Shown here piece by piece: positions 1 to 10,561 of a stretch of DNA of 64,000 nt. The stretch lies in assembly GCA_963666345.1 (NCBI GenBank), contig OY762721.1:2368001-2432000 (forward strand). Reading direction: 5' to 3'. The notes below the pieces were generated by a model. It was not told the origin of the DNA, did not search any database, and was given only the letters and a program-made list of their open reading frames with translations. Both the position numbers and the translations under genes were made by a program. Positions within the stretch are counted from its first letter, which is position 1, and the number at the start of each line of letters is the position of its first letter. Source of the stretch: Desulfatiglandales bacterium (GTDB lineage: Bacteria; Desulfobacterota; DSM-4660; Desulfatiglandales; Desulfatiglandaceae).

Positions 1-415
1 AATAAGGAAATCAAGACCTCTCAACAGCGGTAAGGCACTGCGCGATGGAACAAAAATATTTGAATCTTTGCTGACCGACGCGGATAAAGTTTCAAGTCAA
101 TTAAGAAAGGAACTGGGAGAAAAGCACAAGCTCATAAAAGATCTTAATGAGAAACTGGACGACAGGATAATGAGTTTGAATGTCCTGTTGAACAGAGCTG
201 ATGCAGTGCTTTTTTCTTATGAAAGAGGCCCTGGAGATGTCAACAATACCGCGTCTCTAAAAGACCAGGAAAGGGAGATTCTGAGGTTGTCAAGGGAGGG
301 TAACGATTTTGAAAAAATTGCGCAGATACTTGAGGTCTCCAAGGGGGAAGTTAAACTGGTATTAGGTTTAAAGAGAAACCTTTCCCAGGCAGGAAGTGCT
401 GAAGGTGCATCTTGA
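1..415 (+). CDS. Flagella-associated coiled-coil protein with C-terminal small HTH (DUF2802/DUF6115-like), 5' partial
   Basis: Frame is open from position 2; C-terminal ILRLSREGNDFEKIAQILEVSKGEVKLVLGL HTH-like motif; overlaps the next gene. Confidence 0.6.
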   Translation, partial: IRKSRPLNSGKALRDGTKIFESLLTDADKVSSQLRKELGEKHKLIKDLNEKLDDRIMSLNVLLNRADAVLFSYERGPGDVNNTASLKDQEREILRLSREGNDFEKIAQILEVSKGEVKLVLGLKRNLSQAGSAEGAS

Positions 416-1512
416 TACAAATAAATTATATGAGTTCAGATAGATATCCTCCATCGTCCGTATCAAAAAAACCCCTCAAAACCGATTCGGGTGTCGCTTC
501 TTCACTCAAATTAAGCAAAAATGAAGTCTTTGAGGGAAAGGTGTTGAAATTGCTCGGTTCAAACGAGGCCTTGCTTCTTGTAAAAGGGGAAAAAGTAACA
601 GCACGAACAGATGTGCGGATGAGTGAAGGGGATATTTTATCTCTTAGGGTTGAAGAATCCCTGCCTACCCCAACCCTTAAACTCCTTGGAATTAGATTCG
701 CAGGTCGCAGTACAATTAATGTTTCCATGATACTGTCGGCAATGAAGGAAAATCTGTGGGAAAGCATAAGTGAAAACATGGATCGTCTGGGCTTACCGCA
801 AGCGGAAAGTGCCAGGTTCAGAGAACTGTTGGACGAGTTGGCTCATCGGATATTCTTGAAACCCGGACCGGACATGCTAAAGATATTAATCGACAAGTCG
901 GGCCTGGGTTGGGAGGCAAAACTCCTTAAGGCATTAATGAACAAAAAAATTACCGGAGTCAATCTTAGCAGACTGGCAGGAGGAGACCTGAAGGGTCTGG
1001 TGTCAAGATTCCTTGAACTTAATCAGGCAGGAGGGGCTCTTCTGAGAAGATTCATCTCTACCATAGAAAACATCCAGGTACTTAATCTTCTGGGACTGGA
1101 AGAGGAAGGGAAAATTTTTCTGCCTGTTCCGATTCAATTTCCCGACGGGTTTTTTACCGTGGGTCAGTTGTTAATTCATATGCCTCGGAAGGCAAAGGGT
1201 AAACGTGATAAACAAGACTCCGGCAAAAACATATTCAATATAACTCTTTTACTGGAGTTGTCCGACCTTGGACCTGTAAGGGCGGATCTCGCCATAAAAG
1301 AACAAGAGATTAAGGGAAGATTTTTGATTACTAAAGAAGAGACAAAAGTGCTTATTGAAAACAATATGATATCTTTTATCAGGAACCTGAAAGACCGGGG
1401 CTTCAAAATCCACCATATGGAGTGCCGTCTTAAGGAACCGGGGATAGTAAGGCAATCGCTTCTTAAGGAAATTGTTAAGGAAGAAGGCAGTTCCATTTGC
1501 CTTGTCGCGTAA
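412..1512 (+). CDS. Flagellar hook-length control protein FliK-like
   Basis: C-terminal ITLLLELSDLGPVRADLAIKEQEIKGRF resembles the FliK T3S4 domain; directly upstream of an FlhB-C-like gene. Confidence 0.65.
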   Translation: MIQINYMSSDRYPPSSVSKKPLKTDSGVASSLKLSKNEVFEGKVLKLLGSNEALLLVKGEKVTARTDVRMSEGDILSLRVEESLPTPTLKLLGIRFAGRSTINVSMILSAMKENLWESISENMDRLGLPQAESARFRELLDELAHRIFLKPGPDMLKILIDKSGLGWEAKLLKALMNKKITGVNLSRLAGGDLKGLVSRFLELNQAGGALLRRFISTIENIQVLNLLGLEEEGKIFLPVPIQFPDGFFTVGQLLIHMPRKAKGKRDKQDSGKNIFNITLLLELSDLGPVRADLAIKEQEIKGRFLITKEETKVLIENNMISFIRNLKDRGFKIHHMECRLKEPGIVRQSLLKEIVKEEGSSICLVA

Positions 1513-1788
1513 ATGAAAAAAAGCAAAGAACAGGATAAGGCAGTTGCGTTAAAGTATCTGCCTGAATTGGATAATGCGCCCAAGATCACTGCAATGGGAA
1601 CGGGAGACGTGGCCCGGAAGATTATTAAGACAGCAAGGGAGCACAATATACACATCCACAACGACCCTGATCTGATTGAGGTCTTGTCGCAGCTTGATCT
1701 GAATGAGGAGATTCCCCCTACCTTGTATGTCATCGTCGCAGAATTGTTGAACTTTGTATATTCACTGAATGCCGATAAAGACAGGTGA
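1513..1788 (+). CDS. FlhB cytoplasmic-domain-like protein (EscU/YscU/HrcU family, FlhX/YlqH type)
   Basis: KAVALKY..APKITAMGTGDVARKII..AREHNIHIH.DPDL..LSQLDL.EEIPP.LY.IVAELL motif. Confidence 0.9.
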   Translation: MKKSKEQDKAVALKYLPELDNAPKITAMGTGDVARKIIKTAREHNIHIHNDPDLIEVLSQLDLNEEIPPTLYVIVAELLNFVYSLNADKDR

Positions 1789-1947
1789 TCGGGGAAATCC
1801 GCTTCAGTTTATAGGACCAGGCAAAAAGTTCATTTGCATTGAGCAGTATGGGAATTTTTTTCCTCCCGGCCTATGAATTTTTCCGGATGCCGGTGGAATT
1901 AGAGATATTATCGGGCCTTTAGGGCACGATTAGCGTCTTTGCTTTTA

Positions 1948-1963
1948 TGGCATTAATATTGCT
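1948..1963 (+). promoter_or_regulatory. sigma54 (-24/-12) promoter of the flgF operon
   Basis: TGGCATTAATATTGCT = GG-N10-GC, about 48 nt before the GTG start. Confidence 0.8.
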
Positions 1964-2010
1964 TGTATAAAGTAGCGGGTTCATCAAAAAACCAAAAGGA
2001 GTTAGTCAAC

Positions 2011-2694
2011 GTGATATCCGGAATTCATAATGTACTGGACAGTGCCCTACTTCAAAGGGTGAGATTCGACAATATAGCCAATAATCTTGCAAATATTAGT
2101 ACTAATGCCTTTAAAAAGGATGTCGTCTCATTTAATGAAACACTGTCCATGCAGTATAATTCCGAAACGGACTTCAGCCAGGGTTCTGTTATCTATACCG
2201 GTAACAAGCTCGATGTGGCGCTTGGGTCAAAGGGATTTTTCAAGATACAGGTGCCCGGCGGTATCCGATATGCAAGGAATGGCTCGTTCAGCCTGGACGC
2301 GGAGGGCTTCTTGGTAACCCAGAACGGCTTTAAGGTCTTGGGGCGGAACGGTCCAATAAGAATCGATGGAAATTGTGTGTCCATAGGAACAGACGGGCAG
2401 ATTTCAGTGGATAACGCTCCTGTCGACAAGATGCTGGTGGTGGATTCCAACCGGTCTCAATTCTTCAAAAAGGAGAGTTCTTCATACTATAGCTATCAGG
2501 GGGGAGACGAGGAACTCTTTGCGACAGAAAATGTCGATATTAGGCAGGGCTATCTTGAGAAATCAAATGTCGACCCGACAACAGAAATGATCAAGATGAT
2601 AGAGACCTTCAGGGCTTATGAATCGGCCCAGAAGGCGATTCAGTGCATGGATGAAATGACGAGTAAAATGATTAATGATGTCGGCCTGCAGTAA
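2011..2694 (+). CDS. flgF: Flagellar basal-body rod protein FlgF
   Basis: IANNLANIST..FKK, TGNKLDVAL..GFF, Y.RNGSF, QGYLEKSNV motifs; AAGGAG RBS before GTG at 2011; precedes flgG. Confidence 0.88.
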   Translation: MISGIHNVLDSALLQRVRFDNIANNLANISTNAFKKDVVSFNETLSMQYNSETDFSQGSVIYTGNKLDVALGSKGFFKIQVPGGIRYARNGSFSLDAEGFLVTQNGFKVLGRNGPIRIDGNCVSIGTDGQISVDNAPVDKMLVVDSNRSQFFKKESSSYYSYQGGDEELFATENVDIRQGYLEKSNVDPTTEMIKMIETFRAYESAQKAIQCMDEMTSKMINDVGLQ

Positions 2695-2711
2695 TAGGGG
2701 GGAGAATAGTT

Positions 2712-3494
2712 ATGTTAAGGGGAATGTGGTCGGCGGCATCCGGAATGGCCGCACAGCAGATGACGATCGATGTTATTGCCAATAACCTGGCCAACGTAGG
2801 GACCGTAAGCTTCAAAAAGAGCCGGTCCGAATTTCAGGACTTGATGTATCAGACCGTTAATCAGGCCGGATCAAGAACATCCGACGGCAGCCAGATCCCC
2901 ACCGGCATTCAAATCGGTATGGGCACAATGCCTCTCGGTGTGCAAAAAATGTTCATGCAGGGGGATTTTAAAGAGACAAAAGATGAATTGAATATGGTTA
3001 TAGAGGGCAAGGGCTTCTTTAAGGTGCTCAACAATGACGAAGAGCTGTATACCAGGGCGGGCAATTTCAAACTGGATGCCGACGGAAACATATGTACGCC
3101 CAATGGTGACAAGCTGCAACCGGAGATGACCGTTCCGACAGATACGGTATCTATTAATATCGACGGCACCGGAACAGTAACGGCCTTTGATCCTTCGGGT
3201 CAGGGAACTTCCCTCGGGGAAATAGAATTATACAGTTTTGCAAACCCTGCCGGTCTATATAGTCTGGGGCATAATTTATATAGATCCACGGATGCGTCGG
3301 GGGAAGCAGTCAGCGGCACTCCCGGTTCGGAAGGTTTGGGGACCATAGCTCAGGGCTTCATCGAGATGTCTAATGTGGATGTGGTAGAAGAGATGGTTTC
3401 CATGATAATGGCCCAGAGGGCCTATGAGGTAAACAGCAAGGCAATACAGACGGCGGACAGCATGCTGCAGATTGCCAATAACCTCAAGAGGTAA
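2712..3494 (+). CDS. flgG: Flagellar distal rod protein FlgG
   Basis: MLRGMWSAASGM.AQQ..IDVIANNLAN..FKKSR.EFQDLMYQ; C-terminal EMSNVDVVEEMV.MI.AQRAYE.NSKAI; 260 aa. Confidence 0.96.
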   Translation: MLRGMWSAASGMAAQQMTIDVIANNLANVGTVSFKKSRSEFQDLMYQTVNQAGSRTSDGSQIPTGIQIGMGTMPLGVQKMFMQGDFKETKDELNMVIEGKGFFKVLNNDEELYTRAGNFKLDADGNICTPNGDKLQPEMTVPTDTVSINIDGTGTVTAFDPSGQGTSLGEIELYSFANPAGLYSLGHNLYRSTDASGEAVSGTPGSEGLGTIAQGFIEMSNVDVVEEMVSMIMAQRAYEVNSKAIQTADSMLQIANNLKR

Positions 3495-3499
3495 TCCCC

Positions 3500-4255
3500 A
3501 TGGTTAAGAATGTACATGTCATTATTTTTCTGGCCTGTTTTTGGGGGTTTTGTTTTCCTTTCAATGCGGAGTCGACCGCAAAAAGCAATAGCAGTGAAGT
3601 AATTGATCAGGGCTTTCAATCCATACCGGATTTCAAGTTCAAAAGATGCCTTTTGAAATATCTTTGTCGGAACTTAGGAAAAGAGGAATCGGATATCATT
3701 GTATCCAAAGTCAAGGTCAGCCGAAACAGGGCTGTTCCGGTGGGAAAGATCAGCATCAGATTGAGCCGGAAAGATACCGGAAGGCTTGCCGGAAACGTTA
3801 AATTGAATGCCATTGTAAGTGTGAACGGGATAGAAGAAAATAATGTGCGGATTTATTCCTGGATAGATGTGTTTGAGTCCGTAGTCTGCGCTTCCCGTGA
3901 CCTTAAAAGGAAGGATATCATCAGAGAGGATGATGTCTATCTGGCTAGAAAAAATATATCTCACATGCCGCCTAACACCGTGAGGGGATTGAGCAAGGTG
4001 GTAGGGCTGACGATGAAACATAATGTAAAAGCGGATACCTGCCTTAAAGGATGGATGGTTGAAAAAACTCCCGCAGTGAAAAGGGGGGATATGGTAACCA
4101 TCATGGCGGAATCGGATGATTTAAAGGTGACTATTCCAGGCAGGGTTATGGAAAAGGGCTGCCTTGGAGAGCTTGTAAAAGTTGAAAACATAATCAGCAA
4201 AAAAGAAATATACGCAAGGGTCATTAACAATTTGGCCGTAATGGTAAATTTTTAG
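3500..4255 (+). CDS. flgA: Flagellar P-ring formation chaperone FlgA
   Basis: Signal peptide, SAF-like region, VKRGDMVTI..G..GELVKVEN.ISKK C-terminus; synteny flgG-flgA-flgH. Confidence 0.88.
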   Translation: MVKNVHVIIFLACFWGFCFPFNAESTAKSNSSEVIDQGFQSIPDFKFKRCLLKYLCRNLGKEESDIIVSKVKVSRNRAVPVGKISIRLSRKDTGRLAGNVKLNAIVSVNGIEENNVRIYSWIDVFESVVCASRDLKRKDIIREDDVYLARKNISHMPPNTVRGLSKVVGLTMKHNVKADTCLKGWMVEKTPAVKRGDMVTIMAESDDLKVTIPGRVMEKGCLGELVKVENIISKKEIYARVINNLAVMVNF

Positions 4256-4264
4256 GGGAGTAAA

Positions 4265-4978
4265 ATGGTCCTTAAAAAGGATATATTTATATTGGTGATG
4301 ATTGCCTTCCTGTCCGGGTGTGCCGCCTTCCCGCTAAGGACCTCTGACGTGCCTGAAATTAAAAGAATCCATGAGCCGCAATTTTCTGATTACAGGCAGC
4401 CTGAGACGGCGGAGGGTTCGTTATGGTCGGAGGTAAGGGGCGTCAGCCTTTTCCCTGACATGAGGGCGAGAAAAATCGGAGATATCGTGATCGTCAGGAT
4501 CGTGGAGGATCCGGAGGCGGAACTCAATGCAAATACCAGCGCGAGCAGATCATCGACTGTAAACGCAAACCTCAAGTTCCTGGGTTATATGCAGGCTCTG
4601 GCCGATAAAAATTCCAGGCTTGCTCAGGTTCCGGGTCAGGACGATCTTATAAATGCCACCTTGAATTCAGAGTTCGATGGTGAAGGTTCCAGTGACAGAG
4701 ACGGACACGTCAAGGCGTATGTTTCCGCCGTGATTATAAGGGTCCTGCCCAACGGAAATTTCTACATAAACGGGAAAAGACAGATCAAGATCAATAATGA
4801 GACGCAGTATATAGCCCTGTCGGGGATAATAAGGCCGGAGGATATAAGTCCGTCAAACGAGATCGCTTCGACATATGTGGCTGATGCCAGGATATGCTAC
4901 GCGGGTATCGGAGCACTGGCGGATAAACAGAAACCCGGGTGGTTGGGGAGGGCGCTTGATCATGTGTGGCCGTTTTAG
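4265..4978 (+). CDS. flgH: Flagellar L-ring protein FlgH
   Basis: Lipobox LSGC; GSLW, D.RA..IGDIV, VLPNGN..I.G, SGIIRPEDI, C-terminal WPF. Confidence 0.95.
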   Translation: MVLKKDIFILVMIAFLSGCAAFPLRTSDVPEIKRIHEPQFSDYRQPETAEGSLWSEVRGVSLFPDMRARKIGDIVIVRIVEDPEAELNANTSASRSSTVNANLKFLGYMQALADKNSRLAQVPGQDDLINATLNSEFDGEGSSDRDGHVKAYVSAVIIRVLPNGNFYINGKRQIKINNETQYIALSGIIRPEDISPSNEIASTYVADARICYAGIGALADKQKPGWLGRALDHVWPF

Positions 4979-6131
4979 GATTTTACCGCTGATCATCTCA
5001 GCGCTTATTCTCTTTTTATCCAGTGAAGGAGATTGCGCAAGGATAAAGGATATCGTTTCAATTAAAGGCATCAGGCCTAACCAGCTTTTCGGGTATGGTC
5101 TGGTGATCGGCCTGAATGGCAGCGGTGACACAGGGGGGACAAGTTTTACAATTCAGGGCCTTGCAAATATGCTTGAACATGTCGGAATCCATGTCAATCC
5201 CGAAGATCTGAAAGTCAAAAATGTCGCGGCGGTGATGGTTAATGCGACTCTTCCTCCGTTTGCAAGGATAGGAAAAAAGATTGATGTAACCCTGTCCTCA
5301 ATCGGTGTCGCCAAAAGCCTTCAGGGGGGGACTCTTCTGCTGACTCCGCTAAAGGGTGTCGATGGAAAAGTATACGCCCTTTCCCAGGGTTCCGTGACAA
5401 TCGGCGGCTTCAGCGCCGGCGGGGCGGCGGGCGGGGGTGTCACGAAGAACCATCCTACGGTTGGGAGAATCAGTGGAGGGGCTACGGTGGAAAGAGAAAT
5501 CCCCTTGTCCCTCAACAATAGGAAGGAATTAACCATAATTTTAAACAATCCTGACTTCGGCACTGCTTCCGGGATCGCCGGTGTCATTAATTCGAAGTTT
5601 GGAGATGACATAGCCAGACCTATAGACTCCGGTACTTTAAAATTCAGGATTCCCGGGTTGTTTCAGGATCGGGTTGTCGACTTTCTTGCTTTAATCGGCA
5701 AACTCGAGGTAGTTCCGGGGTCCGTGGCAAAGGTTATCGTCAATGAGAGGACCGGAACAGTAGTAATAGGGGAAAACGTCAAGATCTCAAAAGTTGCTGT
5801 TGCTCATGGAAATTTGAGCATTCAGATAAAGGAGTCAAACGAGGTTTCACAACCCGCGCCCTTTGCGCCGTCAGGCGGAAGGGGCTCTGCCCCGACACAA
5901 ATGGAAGGAGGGGCGATAGTGGCCTCAGGGGGCAGTACGGTTGTTTCCCCGGACAGCGATTTAGATGTCTCAGAGGAGAAGACTCGACTCCTTCTGGTTC
6001 CGGAGGGGAAAACGATCGGCCAGCTGGTCAGAGCCCTTAATGCCATCGGTGTAACTCCACGAGACCTCATTACCATCCTGCAGGCAATGAAGGCGGCAGG
6101 TGCACTGCAGGGCGAATTGGAAATCATGTAA
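4962..6131 (+). CDS. flgI: Flagellar P-ring protein FlgI
   Basis: RIKDI..GIR.NQL.GYGLVIGL.GSGD, SLQGGTLL.TPL, NERTGTVV; start moved to ATG 4962 (signal peptide, GGGGAG upstream). Confidence 0.95.
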   Translation: MCGRFRILPLIISALILFLSSEGDCARIKDIVSIKGIRPNQLFGYGLVIGLNGSGDTGGTSFTIQGLANMLEHVGIHVNPEDLKVKNVAAVMVNATLPPFARIGKKIDVTLSSIGVAKSLQGGTLLLTPLKGVDGKVYALSQGSVTIGGFSAGGAAGGGVTKNHPTVGRISGGATVEREIPLSLNNRKELTIILNNPDFGTASGIAGVINSKFGDDIARPIDSGTLKFRIPGLFQDRVVDFLALIGKLEVVPGSVAKVIVNERTGTVVIGENVKISKVAVAHGNLSIQIKESNEVSQPAPFAPSGGRGSAPTQMEGGAIVASGGSTVVSPDSDLDVSEEKTRLLLVPEGKTIGQLVRALNAIGVTPRDLITILQAMKAAGALQGELEIM

Positions 6132-6143
6132 AGGAGAATCGGT

Positions 6144-6416
6144 ATGTTGAAGCAAATTTCATCGGAGCCGGGTTTAACGGAAATAAATAAGGATGTATCT
6201 TCCGGAAGACTCAAAAAGGCCTGCGCCGAGTTTGAATCCATTTTTATAGGCCATATGTTGAAATCAACGAGGACGGGAATAGCCGGAGAAAGCCTGTTTT
6301 TCAACAATAATGCGGGTAAAATGATTGAATCGATGTTTGATGATAGCCTTGCCCTGGGAATCGCAAAGGGAGGGGGGATAGGACTCGGGGAGATGCTTCT
6401 CGAACGATTGAAGTGA
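6144..6416 (+). CDS. flgJ: FlgJ rod-binding (rod cap) protein, no muramidase domain
   Basis: LKKACAEFESIFI..MLKS.R...MFDD.LA..IA.GGGIGL.EML; only 90 aa. Confidence 0.88.
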   Translation: MLKQISSEPGLTEINKDVSSGRLKKACAEFESIFIGHMLKSTRTGIAGESLFFNNNAGKMIESMFDDSLALGIAKGGGIGLGEMLLERLK

Positions 6417-6557
6417 TAAGTTCCAAGATTTTTTATTCACTGCGGCCCGACCGGAAAATTTGCTGCACCGAACTTTACCAAATATGGATACTCCCGGCCG
6501 TGTGGCTGAGCATGCGCGCAGCGGTCACTTTGAGCGGGATGAAAAGCGCCAAAACAA

Positions 6558-6585
6558 TAAAGTTTATGCCATTATGTGCCGATTA
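6558..6585 (+). promoter_or_regulatory. sigma28 (FliA) promoter of flgNKL-csrA-fliW
   Basis: TAAAGTTT-N12-GCCGATTA, 19 nt before the flgN ATG. Confidence 0.75.
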
Positions 6586-6604
6586 ATAGACAGGGAGTTC
6601 AGTT

Positions 6605-7090
6605 ATGGAACATATCGATTTCCAACCGGTTGAAATGCTTATTTGCGATAAGATCCTGCTATACGATGAACTGCGCCATTGTTTTATGCAGGAAAGGGAT
6701 TCACTGCTTAATATCGATCTGGATAAATTATGGCTGATATCCAAGAACAAGACGGAAATATGCTCCAAAATAAAATCCATCAGAAAGGAGATCCTTTCAA
6801 CGGTTAATAAAGGCACAAATAAAAAAGCAGTTGAGCTGAATGCTATAGCCGATCTGGTGCCGCCTGAAAGTAAACCTAGATTCCATGAGCTGTTCCTGAG
6901 GATTATAAGGCTGAAGGCTGAGATAGACGCTTTGAGAAAGGAAAATATGGGCTTTATGGATGACTCGCTCAGGTTTCTTGATGAAATGGTCTCGATAATA
7001 GCAGGTGAGGCAACAGGCAGGATTGTCTATAACGACAAATGTCATGTGAGTAGACCGGGCGCCAATATCCTTTTCAGCCGGGAGGCCTGA
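6605..7090 (+). CDS. flgN: Flagellar export chaperone FlgN
   Basis: Helical 161-aa protein immediately before flgK; E...L...DLD.L and L..EN..F...SL pattern. Confidence 0.75.
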   Translation: MEHIDFQPVEMLICDKILLYDELRHCFMQERDSLLNIDLDKLWLISKNKTEICSKIKSIRKEILSTVNKGTNKKAVELNAIADLVPPESKPRFHELFLRIIRLKAEIDALRKENMGFMDDSLRFLDEMVSIIAGEATGRIVYNDKCHVSRPGANILFSREA

Positions 7091-7092
7091 TC

Positions 7093-8856
7093 ATGTCAAA
7101 CTTGGGGGCGGTATTTAATATAGGCAGAACAGCTTTGAGCACCCAGAGATACGGCCTTGACGTGACGGCACAGAACATCGCAAACGTCAACACTACGGGC
7201 TATTCGAGACAGAGCGCCGTATTCGAACCTGCGCAACCTGTTTGTTCCGGCAATTTGATCTTGGGCCAGGGCGTGGATGCAACGCAGGTAATCAGGACAA
7301 CCGACCGGTTTATCGAAGCCCAGCTTATGCAGCAAAGATCAAAAATGTCATATTCAGAAGAGATGGAGAACTATATGCAGGTCCTGGAGGGTGTGTTTAA
7401 TGAAAACCTTGAAACCTCCGTCAGTTCAATGATGTCGGACTTCTGGAACTTGTGGCACGATATCTCAAACAACCCCTCAGGGGTTTCGGAACGCACAGCC
7501 CTTTATGAGCACAGCGTCCTGCTGTCGGAGCGATTTAACTCCCTGGATGATGCCTTGGTAAATCTTGAAACGGATTTGACCAGATCCCTTAGCGCCGAAA
7601 TAGTAGGGGTCAACCGAATCGCAAATGAAATCGCGCAGCTCAACGAAAAAATCGTGGAGTTGGAGGCGGGCGGCAACATCGCAAATGATCTCAGAGATAG
7701 CAGAAATACATTGCTTTCCGAGCTTTCGGAATATCTGGATGTCAACTCCTTTGATCAGTCCGATGGCACCCTTACTGTTGTTACCGCCAGGGGTTGCGTC
7801 CTGGTTCAGGGAAATAGCAGTTATGGTCTGGAAATGGGCGGCGATAATGGAGACAGGGTTGAATGGCAGTCCTCAGGGGGAATGTCCGTAGATATTACCG
7901 ACTACATAAATAACGGTAAGCTGGGTGGATGGCTCACCATGCGTGATGAAATCATCGCTGAGTATAAAATGGATCTTTCATCTCTGGCGGGAGAATTTGT
8001 CTGGGCCGTCAACAGTCAGCATTGCCAGGGCGTGGGGCTTGAGGCCTTCAGCACCTATACCGGAAGCTTCAAAGTGGAAGACAGCGCGGAGGAGCTCGGC
8101 ACTCAGGCTTCTGGATTGAGCTTTTATAATAAGATATCTGACGGAACTTTTAAGCTCTGGGTCTATGATTCCGATGGTAATGTCGTGGGTGGGGGGGCAA
8201 CCGAGATCTCCATTGATGCAGACCCGGGGGGGACAAGCCTTGACTCCCTTAGCTCCGACATCGCTGCCGTCGCCCATTTGAACACCGGTATAACCACTGA
8301 GGGAAAATTAAGTATCGATGCCGATACGGGGTATACATTCGCCTTTTCCGACGATACCGGCAATGTATTGGCCGCACTTGGTGTCAACGCCTTTTTTAAG
8401 GGCGCCGGCGCAGGATCTATCGATGTGATCGATACCATAGGGTTTGATAAAGGTTCCATAGCCGCATCCAGGATTGATGCAACCGGCAGCTATGTGTCGG
8501 GAGACAATTCAAATGCCCTGGCGATTGCAGATCTCCAATATACATCTCTGGATATTCCGCAGTGGACGTGTGACAGGGTCACCGGAAACAGCGAAGGCAA
8601 TCTTAATGCGACCATCGAAAATTACTATCATGCCCTTGTGGGGTCCGTCGGCACTACCGGTTCGAGCATCTCGAGCGGGCTGGCAATAAGCGAGGCAATG
8701 GTAACCAGGTTGAGTGTCGTACGGGACAGTATTTCGGCTGTCTCGCTTGATGAGGAAATGACGAATCTCATTAAGTATCAAAGTGCCTATGAAGCTGCTT
8801 CCAAGCTTATCAGCACTGCAGATGAAATGCTTGAGACCTTGCTCGATATTAAGTAA
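7093..8856 (+). CDS. flgK: Hook-associated protein FlgK
   Basis: AQNIANVNTTGYSRQ, ANDLRD.RN, GDNSNA, VSLDEEM.NLIKYQ.AY.AASK. Confidence 0.96.
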   Translation: MSNLGAVFNIGRTALSTQRYGLDVTAQNIANVNTTGYSRQSAVFEPAQPVCSGNLILGQGVDATQVIRTTDRFIEAQLMQQRSKMSYSEEMENYMQVLEGVFNENLETSVSSMMSDFWNLWHDISNNPSGVSERTALYEHSVLLSERFNSLDDALVNLETDLTRSLSAEIVGVNRIANEIAQLNEKIVELEAGGNIANDLRDSRNTLLSELSEYLDVNSFDQSDGTLTVVTARGCVLVQGNSSYGLEMGGDNGDRVEWQSSGGMSVDITDYINNGKLGGWLTMRDEIIAEYKMDLSSLAGEFVWAVNSQHCQGVGLEAFSTYTGSFKVEDSAEELGTQASGLSFYNKISDGTFKLWVYDSDGNVVGGGATEISIDADPGGTSLDSLSSDIAAVAHLNTGITTEGKLSIDADTGYTFAFSDDTGNVLAALGVNAFFKGAGAGSIDVIDTIGFDKGSIAASRIDATGSYVSGDNSNALAIADLQYTSLDIPQWTCDRVTGNSEGNLNATIENYYHALVGSVGTTGSSISSGLAISEAMVTRLSVVRDSISAVSLDEEMTNLIKYQSAYEAASKLISTADEMLETLLDIK

Positions 8857-8910
8857 GCCTCTCGACATAAAACCGCGAGGCCATCTTGAGGCTTTTCTCA
8901 ACAAAAAGGT

Positions 8911-9780
8911 GTGATCATGAGAGTGGCAAACAGTACCATTTATGACGTGATAAAATACAATCTGGGCAATATCAGTGAAGAATTAAACCATGCCAATAAA
9001 GTAGTATCTACAGGCAAGCGTATCTCAGAGCCTTCCGATGATCCTGTCGGGCTTACCCAGGTGCTGAACATTAAATCGGCCCTTTCGAACTTTGAGCAAT
9101 TGGGTAGAAATATGGATATGGGAAAATCGTGGCTTATCGCTTCTGAAAGTGCCGCGACCAATGTGCAGGATCTTGTTTCCGATGCCAAGGCCCTGTGTGT
9201 GCAGATGGCGTCCTCCAACACGGGGGCCGCGCAGAGGATCTCCGCATCTGAAAACGTTCGGAATATGCTGGAAGAGGTGATCTCTTTGGCAAACACGGAG
9301 TTGAACGGGCGCTATATCTTTTCAGGTTCCAAGACGGATGCCACCCCCTTTGATCAGGACGGCACTTATAACGGGGACGGCAATCCGTTTGAAATAAGGA
9401 TAGGAAGGGATTCTTCAGTAGAAGTGGGAAGCGACGGTGAAGCGGTTTTCGGATCCGTTATCAGCACATTAAGTGATCTGAAAGATGCTCTGGCCTCCGA
9501 TGATGTCGATGGGATTCAGACTGCCATGGACAACCTGGATGCCGACTTCGATCATATTTCAAAGAAGATATCTGATGTCGGCTCCAAGATGGTCCGAATG
9601 GAAATCAAGGAGGCTATTTTTCAGGATTTGAAAATCAACAATACTGAGAGACTTTCGAAGATTGAGGATGCCGATTTAGCCGAGGCAATCATTGATCTGG
9701 AAGAAAAAAAGCTTGCCTACCAGGCCGCTCTTTCCTCTTCGGCTAATGTTATGCAGTTAAGCCTGGTTGATTATTTGTAG
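8911..9780 (+). CDS. flgL: Hook-associated protein FlgL
   Basis: STGKRI..PSDDP, GRYIFSG.KT, C-terminal AYQAAL...LSLVDYL. Confidence 0.94.
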   Translation: MIMRVANSTIYDVIKYNLGNISEELNHANKVVSTGKRISEPSDDPVGLTQVLNIKSALSNFEQLGRNMDMGKSWLIASESAATNVQDLVSDAKALCVQMASSNTGAAQRISASENVRNMLEEVISLANTELNGRYIFSGSKTDATPFDQDGTYNGDGNPFEIRIGRDSSVEVGSDGEAVFGSVISTLSDLKDALASDDVDGIQTAMDNLDADFDHISKKISDVGSKMVRMEIKEAIFQDLKINNTERLSKIEDADLAEAIIDLEEKKLAYQAALSSSANVMQLSLVDYL

Positions 9781-9868
9781 ATAACAAGAGGCCTTCGGTA
9801 TTTGAGGTTTTGGCTTGTAAGTAACCCACTGTAATTTAAAATTATTCTGAAGCTGCCAGGACCCGGCC

Positions 9869-10120
9869 ATGCTTATACTAACAAGGAAGTTGGGTGAAAG
9901 AATTACTATTAGTGATGATATCGTTATTACTTTGCTTGAAATAAGAGGAGCACATGTCAAGCTGGGGGTCGAGGCACCCAAAAATGTTATTATTCACCGC
10001 CAGGAGGTATACGAAAGGATCAGGGGCGAAAACATGGAATCATCCAACGTAAGTGAGTCAGACCTTGCAAGAGCGGTGTCCCTTTTCAGCGTAAGTACTT
10101 CAAAGAGGAGTCGGAATTGA
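9869..10120 (+). CDS. csrA: Carbon storage regulator CsrA
   Basis: [39 protein letters not shown]. Confidence 0.96.
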   Translation: MLILTRKLGERITISDDIVITLLEIRGAHVKLGVEAPKNVIIHRQEVYERIRGENMESSNVSESDLARAVSLFSVSTSKRSRN

Positions 10121-10548
10121 AGATCGAAACCACCAGATTCGGGACCGTCAGCCTGGAAGAGGAAAAGATCCTGGGTATGCCTTTCGGTATGCTGGGATTT
10201 CCGGACAAAAACCGTTTTGTCATACTTCAACATAAAGAGGGATCCCCATTTTACTGGTACCAGTCGGTTGACGATCCCGCACTTGCCTTTGTAATTACAA
10301 GCCCCCTTCTTTTCATGCCTGATTATGAGGTGGATACTAAGAATGTTTTAATGGAAATGCCCTGGGATAAAATCGGTGATGCCTTGGAGTTTTATGTTGT
10401 TGTTAATATTCCGAAAGGGTTACCCGAAAAGATGACTGCAAACCTTATCGGTCCCATTCTGATAAATAACAAGACCCGCCAGGCCGTGCAGATTGTTATG
10501 CCTGACAGCCCTTACACACATAACCACCCTCTGATAATACAAGATTAA
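10117..10548 (+). CDS. fliW: Flagellar assembly factor FliW
   Basis: TTRFG, GMLGF, W.QS.DDP.LAF, MTANL.GPI.IN; adjacent to csrA. Confidence 0.94.
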   Translation: MKIETTRFGTVSLEEEKILGMPFGMLGFPDKNRFVILQHKEGSPFYWYQSVDDPALAFVITSPLLFMPDYEVDTKNVLMEMPWDKIGDALEFYVVVNIPKGLPEKMTANLIGPILINNKTRQAVQIVMPDSPYTHNHPLIIQD

Positions 10549-10561
10549 ATAGAAGCTTGAA

